Assembly: GCA_963713045.1 (NCBI GenBank)
Contig: CAVQKE010000005.1
Span: 96,001 to 160,000 of the forward strand
DNA from: an uncultured delta proteobacterium
Lineage (GTDB): Bacteria; Myxococcota; Myxococcia; Myxococcales; Myxococcaceae
Direction of reading: 5' to 3'
DNA length: 64,000 nt
In this document: positions 1-8,547 of the stretch, piece by piece
Layout of the letters: each line of letters opens with the position of its first letter
How positions within the stretch are numbered: position 1 is the first letter of the stretch
Made by a program: the position numbers and the translations under genes
The notes under the pieces: model-generated
What the model saw: only the letters and a program-made list of their open reading frames with translations
Told to the model about the DNA's origin: nothing
Databases searched by the model: none

Positions 1-1022
1 GCTCATCGATTTATGGCGGCAATCTACCGACCACGCCGTGGTCGAAGAACGCGGACGGACGCGGGCCGGCCTGGTCCAACTCGCTCTTCGAGGACAATGG
101 CGAGTTCGGCCTGGGCTACCGGATTGCCATCGACCAGCAGGCGGAACTGGCTCGCTCGCTAGCTACAAAGCTGGCGCCGCAAATTGGTGAAGATTTGGTT
201 GCGGCAGTTCTAAGCGCACCACAGATTACCGAGTCGGATTTCCGTATCCAGCGCCAGCGCGTGGCGGCCCTCAAAGCCAAGCTGGAGGAGGACGATGGTG
301 CCGACGCCAAGAATCTAACGGCCGTCGCAGACTTCTTGGTACGCCGTTCCGTATGGCTCGTCGGTGGCGATGGTTGGGCCTATGACATCGGCTTCGGCGG
401 CCTCGATCATGTTTTGTCGACTGGCAAGAACGTCAAGGTCCTCGTACTCGACACCGAGGTGTACTCCAACACAGGGGGCCAAGCCTCGAAAGCGACGCCG
501 CTGGGAGCTTCAGCGAAATTTGCCGCAGCGGGAAAGAAGTCTCCGCGGAAGGACCTGGCCCTAATGGCCATCGCCTACGGCAACGTCTACGTCGCGCAGA
601 TTTCGATGGGCGCCAACAGCGAGCAAGCCCTCATCGCTTTGCGCGAGGCAGAGGCCTACAACGGTCCAGCACTCGTCCTCGCCTATTCGCAGTGCATTGC
701 CCACGGAACCGACCTCCGACACGGCATGAAGCAAGCGGCGCGTGCCGTGGCGAGCGGCCACTGGCCCCTCCTGCGATTTGACCCTGGCATGCGCAAGAGA
801 GGCATGAACCCCTTCCGGTTGGACTCGACACGCCCCCGCATCTCGCTCGAGGAGTACCGGGACAATGAGGTCCGGTTCACATCGCTGACACAAACCCGTC
901 CTGACGAAGCGCGCGCCATGTTGACCCAGGCGCAGCTCGCGCTGGATGAACGCTACCGACTCTACGAAGACATGGCGGCTCGCGACGGGAGCCGGTTCTT
1001 GCCACACTGGGAAGAAGTCTGA
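1..1022 (+). CDS. nifJ: Pyruvate:ferredoxin/flavodoxin oxidoreductase, C-terminal TPP-binding part (5' truncated by window)
   Basis: Frame open from position 3: SSIYGGNLPTTPW...GPAWSNSLFEDN, GGDGWAYDIGFGGLDHV and DTEVYSNTGGQASKATP motifs. Confidence 0.95.
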   Translation, partial: SSIYGGNLPTTPWSKNADGRGPAWSNSLFEDNGEFGLGYRIAIDQQAELARSLATKLAPQIGEDLVAAVLSAPQITESDFRIQRQRVAALKAKLEEDDGADAKNLTAVADFLVRRSVWLVGGDGWAYDIGFGGLDHVLSTGKNVKVLVLDTEVYSNTGGQASKATPLGASAKFAAAGKKSPRKDLALMAIAYGNVYVAQISMGANSEQALIALREAEAYNGPALVLAYSQCIAHGTDLRHGMKQAARAVASGHWPLLRFDPGMRKRGMNPFRLDSTRPRISLEEYRDNEVRFTSLTQTRPDEARAMLTQAQLALDERYRLYEDMAARDGSRFLPHWEEV

Positions 1023-1024
1023 CC

Positions 1025-2032
1025 ATGGACCTCGCGACGAGGTACCTGGGACTCGAGCTGAGGCACCCGATTATCGCGTCAGCATCGCCCCTTACGGCGA
1101 GCTTCGACGGAATGCGCCGCCTTGAGGATTCGGGGGCCGCTGCAGTCGTGATGGCGTCTCTGTATGAGGAGCAGATTCGCGCCGAGGATTCAGCCTATGC
1201 CGTGCTGACTGAGCAGGGGTCATTCTCGCAGGCGGAGGCAGGGACCTACTTTCCTGAACTCCCCGACTACTACCGCGGAGTGTCAGGACACCTAGAAACC
1301 CTACGGCGAGCCTCGGAAGCCCTCTCCATTCCAGTCATCGCCAGTCTCAATGGCACCACCCGTGACGGGTGGCATGAGTACGCGAGGCTCCTCGAAGAAG
1401 CTGGCGCCGACGCTTTGGAGTTGAACCTCTTTTTGGTCCCGGCGGACGCGGGGACGAGCGGACTGGACGTCGAGGCGAAGTATCTCGACGTCGTCCGTCG
1501 GGTCAAGGCAAGTGTTCGCATCCCTGTATCGCTCAAGCTGTCACCCTTCTTCAGCGCCTTGGGGCACATGGCAGCCCAATTGGAGAAGGCCGGAGCGAAC
1601 GGACTCGTTCTCTTCAATCGCTTCTTTCACCGGGATATAGACCTGGAGTCGCTGACCCTCACCTTGGACGTGCACCTCTCAACACCGGCAGAAATTCATT
1701 TGCCCTTAGTTTGGATCGCGCTCTTGTCGCGAAACGTCAAGATGTCGCTCGCCGCGAGCCGGGGCGTCGATTCTCACGAGCAAGTCGTGAAGTACCTACT
1801 TGCCGGCGCCGATGCCGTCATGACGACGTCCGCGTTGCTTCGTCACGGCCCCGGCCACCTCGGAACGCTGATTGCTGGGCTAGAACACTGGCTCGAAGAG
1901 AATGGCTTCCCGTCGGTAGCCGCGATGCGAGGACTCAGAGACGCCACGCATGGCGAGAACGCCGCAGACCTGCTTCGCACGGACTACGTCAAGTCACTCA
2001 TTGGCTACGCTCCCAAACAGCACAGTGCCTAA
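1025..2032 (+). CDS. Dihydroorotate dehydrogenase-like FMN protein (PFOR-associated)
   Basis: MDLATRYLGLELRHPIIASASP, PVIASLNG, ALELN, KLSPFF, LVLFNRF, LLAGADAV; starts 2 bp after PFOR. Confidence 0.9.
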   Translation: MDLATRYLGLELRHPIIASASPLTASFDGMRRLEDSGAAAVVMASLYEEQIRAEDSAYAVLTEQGSFSQAEAGTYFPELPDYYRGVSGHLETLRRASEALSIPVIASLNGTTRDGWHEYARLLEEAGADALELNLFLVPADAGTSGLDVEAKYLDVVRRVKASVRIPVSLKLSPFFSALGHMAAQLEKAGANGLVLFNRFFHRDIDLESLTLTLDVHLSTPAEIHLPLVWIALLSRNVKMSLAASRGVDSHEQVVKYLLAGADAVMTTSALLRHGPGHLGTLIAGLEHWLEENGFPSVAAMRGLRDATHGENAADLLRTDYVKSLIGYAPKQHSA

Positions 2033-2272
2033 GACGGAAGACGCGCGGATTTCTCGCGCCTTTGAAGGGGCGACACTTGCACCGATGGAGGCCTGAGCTG
2101 GCGCGGGTGAAGAACCCACCGTCATGAAGGCATCGGTCTTGCGACACGACCAGATGGCGAACTCCGAGGCGCGCAGCGCTCAAAGCGAGCGACAGAGCGA
2201 GCGCTACGTTGCTGCCAGTGGTTCACCAAGGGAAAGCCCTGCAGGCAACGCCCATCTGGGCCCGTCCGTTGC

Positions 2273-3061
2273 TTGCCTCGAGGCGGACAAGGAGAGAAAA
2301 TCGCTTCTCGGTCGACCCTCGGACTGTCATTGGAGTTGCCCTTGGTCTCAGCCGACGACTCGAAAGAGAATGGACTACTGGCAGCGCTGCCCCCGGTCGA
2401 ATCCGGCCGCTGGCTGCCGTACTTGGAACCCGTAGAAATGCCCCTCGGCAGCGTGCTCTACGAGCCCGGGACCCCCACGACGCACGTATATTTCCCGACG
2501 ACATCGATTGTGTCGCTCTTGTACGTGATGGAAGACGGGGCGTCCGCAGAGATTGCCGTTGTCGGGCGCGAGGGCGTCGTTGGCGTTTCGCTTTTTATGG
2601 GCGGCGAATCGACACCGAGCCGCGCAGTCGTCCAGAGCGGCGGGTACGGGTTTCGCTTGACCGCGAAGTTGATGATGCAGGAGTTCGCGCGCTCCGGCGC
2701 TGTCCTGCACTTGATGCTCCGCTATACGCAGGCCCTTCTTACTCAAATGGCGCAGACTGCCGTGTGCAATCGGCACCATTCACTGGACCAGCAGCTGTGC
2801 CGCTGGCTCCTACTCAGTGTGGACCGACTCCATGGCGATGCTCTCGTCATGACGCAAGAGCTCATCGCCAACATGCTGGGAGTTCGGCGCGAAGGCGTTA
2901 CTCAGGCTGCCGGCCATTTGCAAGGGGCGGGGCTCATTCGATACCGACGCGGGCACATCACGGTGCTTGACCGCCCGGGGCTTGAGAGGCGCGTCTGCGA
3001 ATGCTACGCCGTCGTCAAGAAAGAATACGACCGCTTGCTGCCGAGTAAGCCGGCAAACTAA
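2273..3061 (+). CDS. Crp/Fnr family transcriptional regulator (start uncertain)
   Basis: cNMP-binding-like domain (VYFPTTSIVSLLY, VGREGVVG) plus Crp HTH (TQELIANMLGVRREGVT), C-terminal CECYAVVKKEY. Confidence 0.92.
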   Translation: MPRGGQGEKIASRSTLGLSLELPLVSADDSKENGLLAALPPVESGRWLPYLEPVEMPLGSVLYEPGTPTTHVYFPTTSIVSLLYVMEDGASAEIAVVGREGVVGVSLFMGGESTPSRAVVQSGGYGFRLTAKLMMQEFARSGAVLHLMLRYTQALLTQMAQTAVCNRHHSLDQQLCRWLLLSVDRLHGDALVMTQELIANMLGVRREGVTQAAGHLQGAGLIRYRRGHITVLDRPGLERRVCECYAVVKKEYDRLLPSKPAN

Positions 3062-3363
3062 GCGCGATTCACTCCTCCGCCGTTCGGTGTAACGTTGGCC
3101 GCGGACTTCGTCTAGCGGTCGGTTCCAACGCGGCCGTCGGGAGTTCTTGAAGTGCTTCCTTCGGACCTTCACGACAGCGCTTGCCGGCAGTGCGGCCCAC
3201 CTCCGTTGAATCCAGGAAGAGTGAACCATCGCGGAAACTGCTTCGACGTCCGGAGGGACCTGTTTCGGGAGGACTCGGCATTGGCTTCGAATGCCCGTCG
3301 CACGCTGAATACGACTGCGCTGCTGCTGCCGACGAGGGCAAGAGTCTGTGCCGTTTCGCAGTA

Positions 3364-3379
3364 TGTGCGGCAGCGCACA
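3364..3379. promoter_or_regulatory. CRP-box-like palindrome TGTGC-N6-GCACA
   Basis: tgtgcggcagcgcaca between the Crp gene and the cytochrome gene; same geometry as TGTGA-N6-TCACA. Confidence 0.5.
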
Positions 3380-3721
3380 GACTGGCCGCGCTGCCGCCCA
3401 CAACCATCGCGCAACACGCAAGTCTTGCGCACGGCCGGTGGATTTTGCGCTTCCACAAAATAGGCTTTTAGGCTTTCTTCTTCGTGTGAGGGGGTCCGAT
3501 GTCTCGAGGGGTGGCCATGCTGCCGTTGCTCGTTTGCGACTCGTCTCGGCTCATGAGGCGGCTGCACCCGAGGGGAACGGCCGCCGAAGGTCGCCCTTAC
3601 TCTCAGTGCCATCGTCGGGCGGTATGCCGAGGAGGCGCTGGACTCTCCGCCCTCGGAGGTCATTCGCGCCGCGCACGAAATGTGCAGTAGTTGCCGGGTC
3701 CGCTCGGGAAAAGAGACTTAT

Positions 3722-6559
3722 ATGTTTCGAAAAACATTAATGGTCATCGCCATGTTGGCAGCTGCGTGCACCGGCTCGACGGGCCCAACTGGCCCAACCG
3801 GGCCAACTGGCCCGACAGGCCCGGCCGGCCCTTCAGGAGATGCCGGGGCTCCCGGTGCAGGAGGGTGCACTGGACTCGCCCCGGGCCAAACCGCAGGGTT
3901 GACGGCAAGCGTCGCGGTCTCGAGCCCGAGCAATGGCTCCTTCTTCCAGACGGGAGAACAGCCGGTGCTCACCATCGGTTTCACGGACAACTGTGGCACG
4001 CAACTCGCCTCTTCAACCCTCGCGACCGCCGAGCTCTTCGTCTATGGGCCGCGGGACCCGCTCACCACCGTCACCAACGTGGACTTGCTGAATGTCCCCT
4101 ACGCCGTTTTCGCGGCCTACGCGCCACTCCTGGGCTTCCCGGACGGCGGCCCGCCAAACCGGGTGGTGAATGCGGACAACACCATCACCTATACGCTTGA
4201 GCCCATCAGCGTTGTGGACGCAGGTCCCATTCCCCCTGGCCAGCTTCCAGGCACTTATACCGTCGGCGTCTGGGCGCTCAGTCCAGGTCCACCGTCCAAC
4301 GCGGCGAATGCCATTGACCAGGCTTTCACGCTCGTCGACTTCCAGATTGGCACCGCCAACGTGGAAACCCTCATCAGTGGCCCCGGGGATGGCGGCCAGG
4401 TTTCCGCCACCGAGCACAACTCGACCTGCTTCGCCTGTCACCAGAACCACGCAACGGGGGGCAAGACGTACATCGCTCACATTGCGCCCGAGCCTCCCCG
4501 CTCCAATGTCGGCGACTACTCCCTCGACTCGCTTCCCATCGGGACGTGCAAGGCCTGCCATAACTGGCGGGGCTACAGCCCCAATCCTCTGGTTCGCAAA
4601 GTGCACAGCGCGCACCGGGGACAGCATCAACTCGCTCCAGGCGTCCCACACGAAGACTACGGCCTAGGTAGTGACACCTCACTCCCCGCATACCTGAATG
4701 TTGGGTTTCCGTTGATGCCCCTGGGGGGCACAACGGTGGCGGTAGCGCCCATTGTGCCCACCTCTAACGGCGGTATTGCTCCAATTCCTTTTCCTGGAGC
4801 GTTTAGCTACGAAACCCTCACCGGGGACAGCGCGATGGAGAAGGACTGCACTGCCTGTCACGTCAACAGCGTGTGGCAGACCACCCTTTCGCGGGCGGCT
4901 TGCGGCACCTGCCATGAAAATGTTTTCTTCACGTACAACCAACCGGGTGGCGGCGTCACGGGCGGCGCGCCGCTTCCGGATGGCGGCGTGGATGTTAACA
5001 ATAACATTTATCCACCCACTGTGTTCGGCCCGCTGCCAGGTGGGGTCGCTTGTGCCAGCAACTCCGACTGCCAGCAGGTGTACCCGGTTGGGTTGAAAAC
5101 GCCGGGCAACTCGCTTGCAACTTGTGACACCACCGCCGGCTCGGTGACCTTCGGTTCCTGCATCTCCACCTCACATCCGGCAATCAGCAGCGTGTCTCCA
5201 GACACACAATGCGCCACTTGCCATGCCGCAGAAGTTGGAAGCTTCGCCCCGGTGGACAGCGTACACAACATTAGCCAGTGGCAGCCGCCTATTTCTCTCG
5301 ACGGCTATACCTTCCAGAACGTCACCGTCACAGGAGGCAGCGGCTCGGGCGGCAGCTTCAATGTCGGCGACACACCAACGTTGAGCTTCCAGCTCTTCGA
5401 CAACACGGGTGCCGCCGTCACGGACCTCGGCACCAACTCTGCTTGGTCGGGCACCTTCTTCGTCGCCGGGCCGACGTCCAACCAGCAGCGAGTGTTCGGG
5501 ACTGCCACCGGCGGCCTCTCGATGAAGACCGCCGCGCAGGGAACCCTCGCGTACACCGCGGCGACACAGACTTACACCTATACGCCGAGCACCACGTGGC
5601 CAGCCAATGCGCTGGCCCCCATCAACAGTGGCCTCACCCCGCAGCCCGCTCCGCCCGGCATTTACACGGTGTGGTTCTACTGGGCCAAGACAACCAATGG
5701 CATCCGGGACGCCGTGGACGCCCAAACGGTGGTGAATTTCCAAAACACTGGACCGCTCCCCGCGAATGGCCGTCAGGTGGTAACTCAGGAGGCGTGCGCG
5801 TCGTGCCACGGCGCGTCCACAGACGGCGGCGTCTTCTTCCCGCACCTGGCGCTCCACGGTGACCAGCGAAAGAACGCTGAGACGTGCAACGTCTGCCACG
5901 CCCAGTTCGCCCAGGACGATTTGGCCGGCACCTCGACGGGCAGTTGCACCACCAATACCCAGTGTGCTGGCTATGACCCCGCGAACCCAGCGTTGAGCTG
6001 GCAAATGTGTACCGCAGGTGCCTGCGTCGCCTTTATTGACCCGACTCCGGGAGTGGAAATCGACTTCCAGAAGTTGATCCACAACATTCATTACGCGCGA
6101 CTGCGCGAGGGGTTTGCCGAACAGGGCAACCTCGGCACGCCCTGGGCCAACCCACCCATTCCGGCGGGCACGTACAACATCTTCAGCTCGCACGGCGGCC
6201 TCAGCAATTTCCAACAGGTGCTCTCGCCGGTGGACGTTCGCTCCTGCACCAACTGCCACGGCGACTCCAATGCCGCTTGCTCGGCCACCGCGCCCTGCGC
6301 CTTTGGACAGACCTGCGGTTCGGCCGGTGCGTGCACCAACAACGCCTACCTTGCTCCCACCGCCCGGGCGTGCATCACGTGCCATGATTCGGCCGCGGCC
6401 TACGCCCACGCCGAAGTCAACACCTACAGTCCCCCCGATGCTGGCGCCGTCGAAGCCTGCGACGTGTGCCACGGAAGTGGTGCGGCGTTCGCCGTGGACG
6501 TGGTGCACAACATTACGACGCTTTACCCCGTCAACCTGGCCTACCCGCGGGAGCCCTAA
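3722..6559 (+). CDS. Decaheme c-type cytochrome lipoprotein, MtrC/OmcA-like, with collagen-like linker and Cys-rich inserts
   Basis: Lipobox LAAAC. Ten CxxCH motifs (CFACH, CKACH, CTACH, CGTCH, CATCH, CASCH, CNVCH, CTNCH, CITCH, CDVCH) in two groups of five, each preceded by a heme-free domain. RQVV..ACASCH, LALHG..R and IDFQKLIHNIH resemble MtrC/OmcA. Confidence 0.88.
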   Translation: MFRKTLMVIAMLAAACTGSTGPTGPTGPTGPTGPAGPSGDAGAPGAGGCTGLAPGQTAGLTASVAVSSPSNGSFFQTGEQPVLTIGFTDNCGTQLASSTLATAELFVYGPRDPLTTVTNVDLLNVPYAVFAAYAPLLGFPDGGPPNRVVNADNTITYTLEPISVVDAGPIPPGQLPGTYTVGVWALSPGPPSNAANAIDQAFTLVDFQIGTANVETLISGPGDGGQVSATEHNSTCFACHQNHATGGKTYIAHIAPEPPRSNVGDYSLDSLPIGTCKACHNWRGYSPNPLVRKVHSAHRGQHQLAPGVPHEDYGLGSDTSLPAYLNVGFPLMPLGGTTVAVAPIVPTSNGGIAPIPFPGAFSYETLTGDSAMEKDCTACHVNSVWQTTLSRAACGTCHENVFFTYNQPGGGVTGGAPLPDGGVDVNNNIYPPTVFGPLPGGVACASNSDCQQVYPVGLKTPGNSLATCDTTAGSVTFGSCISTSHPAISSVSPDTQCATCHAAEVGSFAPVDSVHNISQWQPPISLDGYTFQNVTVTGGSGSGGSFNVGDTPTLSFQLFDNTGAAVTDLGTNSAWSGTFFVAGPTSNQQRVFGTATGGLSMKTAAQGTLAYTAATQTYTYTPSTTWPANALAPINSGLTPQPAPPGIYTVWFYWAKTTNGIRDAVDAQTVVNFQNTGPLPANGRQVVTQEACASCHGASTDGGVFFPHLALHGDQRKNAETCNVCHAQFAQDDLAGTSTGSCTTNTQCAGYDPANPALSWQMCTAGACVAFIDPTPGVEIDFQKLIHNIHYARLREGFAEQGNLGTPWANPPIPAGTYNIFSSHGGLSNFQQVLSPVDVRSCTNCHGDSNAACSATAPCAFGQTCGSAGACTNNAYLAPTARACITCHDSAAAYAHAEVNTYSPPDAGAVEACDVCHGSGAAFAVDVVHNITTLYPVNLAYPREP
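3773..3862 (+). repeat. Collagen-like (Gly-X-Y)10 coding repeat
   Basis: GST-GPT-GPT-GPT-GPT-GPA-GPS-GDA-GAP-GAG just after the lipidated Cys. Confidence 0.85.
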
Positions 6560-6576
6560 GCGGCGGCACGAGGCTC

Positions 6577-6599
6577 GCCGAAGGGCCCCCGCCTTCGGC
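6577..6599 (+). terminator. GC hairpin after the cytochrome gene
   Basis: gccgaagg-N7-ccttcggc stem; no U tract, so terminator role is uncertain. Confidence 0.35.
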
Positions 6600-6859
6600 A
6601 GCACGCCTCGTCTTCAAGGGGGCGCAGTCCGAGGATGTGTGACGACAGCGTAAAACGCTGAGCGCCGCGGGGCGGCCACACCTACGGAGAGGCCGCCACA
6701 CGCAAACCGCCGGGCGGCACGTGCGTCCAAAGGGCCGCCCGGCAAGTTCAGCTCCCAGACAGCGGGATCTCGGGGCGAGCGACTCTCTGATCGGAGACTA
6801 CAAAACGTCGATATGATACCGGTGCGTGGAACAGACCGGCGTCTAAAGGAACAGCGTAG

Positions 6860-7213
6860 ATGACGAAAGCTCCCCGCGGATTTAATCTCGCTTCGAAACC
6901 GAGCGGCGACGGGTGTGTTGAATGCCTGGCCTCACCGAAAGGTTGGTGGCTTCATCTCCGACGGTGTGCGGAGTGCGGCCACATCGGATGCTGTGACAGT
7001 TCTCCGAGTCAGCATGCATCGAAGCACGCAGCGGCAACAGGGCATCCGATCATAAGCAGCTTTGAGCCGGGCGAAGACTGGTTCTTCGATTACGAAAAGC
7101 CGGGGATGATCAAAGGTCTCGAATTGCTTCCGCCGCACGCGCATCCCGAAAGTCAGCCCACACCTGGACCCGCAGGAAGGGTGCCAGCCAACTGGGAATC
7201 GCTCCTGAACTAG
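6860..7213 (+). CDS. UBP-type zinc finger domain protein
   Basis: CVEC...WWLHLRRCAECGHIGCCDSSPSQHASKH...SFEPGEDWF. Confidence 0.9.
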   Translation: MTKAPRGFNLASKPSGDGCVECLASPKGWWLHLRRCAECGHIGCCDSSPSQHASKHAAATGHPIISSFEPGEDWFFDYEKPGMIKGLELLPPHAHPESQPTPGPAGRVPANWESLLN

Positions 7214-7307
7214 CTGCCCGTTAGAGGGTGGCCAGTAGCTGAAACGCTTCTTTCGACCGTCGGCGTTTCCAGTTGGACCCTCATTTACCGACAACAGGAG
7301 GGATCGC

Positions 7308-7660
7308 GTGCATCTACCTCACGCTCCGATTGCACACGAAGGCTTCTTCGCAACTCACTTCTTCACCGTGAGCGACCAGGACAAATCGAAGGACTTCTAC
7401 GTCCGAATTCTCGGCGGGACAGTGATCAAGCCAGACAATCCCTGCTACATCAAGCTGGCCAATACGGGGATCATTCTGAATTCCGGCGGCGGCCCGACGC
7501 CTGACAAGCCGGAGGTCCTTCTTGAAACGCCGTCAAACCTGAACAGAGTGAATGGCTTTCTTAATCTGCGTGTTGCCGACATCTGGGGCTGCTACAAACA
7601 ATCTCATTGAGGTTGGCCAATTTAGTCAAGTCGCTCTTGACTATTTCAACAACCGAAGTG
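7308..7660 (+). pseudogene. VOC/glyoxalase family protein with internal deletion and frameshift
   Basis: VOC N-terminus (HFFTVSDQDKSKDFY...FLNLRVADI) jumps to the out-of-frame C-terminus LIEVGQFSQVALDYF; the RDPDG segment is missing. Confidence 0.7.
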
Positions 7661-7919
7661 CAGTTCGACAGCCATACACGAGAGTCCGTTCGGAGGGCCG
7701 GTGGGCAACTCAGGACTGGAAGGGCTGCCGTCCGGGCTAGCGACTAAGGCCTAGCGCCCTGCCGGCGCTCGGAACCTGGCGCCACATCGTTCCGCCTCGC
7801 GGAGATCACGAATCGGCAATCCACTTCCGAAATCAAGCGTGTCCGTCTCCGGTGCCTTTGTCACGATTCACCCGCCGGTGCTGTTCAATACCGCACTAGA
7901 TCGCAAATGGTGGGCTGAA

Positions 7920-8525
7920 TTATTTCTTCAGCGCAACCGGCGGCCTTTCCATATTGGAATGTTTGTTCCACCCGTGAAAACGCGAGAGGTCACCTGCATT
8001 CCACGCTTCATGGAGTCCAGGGGTACTCAGATCCCAGTCGGGGCGGATGGCGCTCGTCACGGCACGCAGATCGTGCCAAAGATCGATGACCGACGGACGG
8101 CCCCAAAACCAGTAGCCGTTATAGATGCTGTAGATTACAAGCCCCGGCTTGAGAACGAGCGTATGCGGGATCATCGGATTGTGCTCGGGGTCGGTGTATT
8201 CCTGGATGTCGAGATCCTTCTGAATCGTTCGGTCAAGGTCCGAAAGGAAGGTCCATTCCGCTCCGACTGACGCACGGAATTCCTGCAGAGTATGGTGATC
8301 GTCGGTGGCGATCGTGGCGATCTGAGTGTACGCCACTGCGATCCTCGGGTAGAACGCGGCGAGTTCAAGATGCTGCTGGTGCTCCTTTGGGCAATAGTGG
8401 CCGCGCGCAAGCGTAAGGATTAGCGGATCGTCGCCCTGTAGCTCGCTGAGCTTGCGCAGTTCGCCCGTGTGATCGGGCAGTTCGTAATCGGGAAAATTAC
8501 CCCCGGGCACAATGTCAGAACGCAT
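7920..8525 (-). CDS. Redoxin/AhpC-TSA-like (thioredoxin-fold) protein
   Basis: MRSDIVPGGNFPDYELPDH...RGHYCPKE...FLSD...PHTLVLKPG. Confidence 0.85.
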   Translation of the reverse strand: MRSDIVPGGNFPDYELPDHTGELRKLSELQGDDPLILTLARGHYCPKEHQQHLELAAFYPRIAVAYTQIATIATDDHHTLQEFRASVGAEWTFLSDLDRTIQKDLDIQEYTDPEHNPMIPHTLVLKPGLVIYSIYNGYWFWGRPSVIDLWHDLRAVTSAIRPDWDLSTPGLHEAWNAGDLSRFHGWNKHSNMERPPVALKK

Positions 8526-8547
8526 AATTAGACTCCTGCCGTTTTCC

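Noticed and set aside
5171..6604. 477-aa minus-strand ORF
   Set aside because: Antisense shadow of the cytochrome
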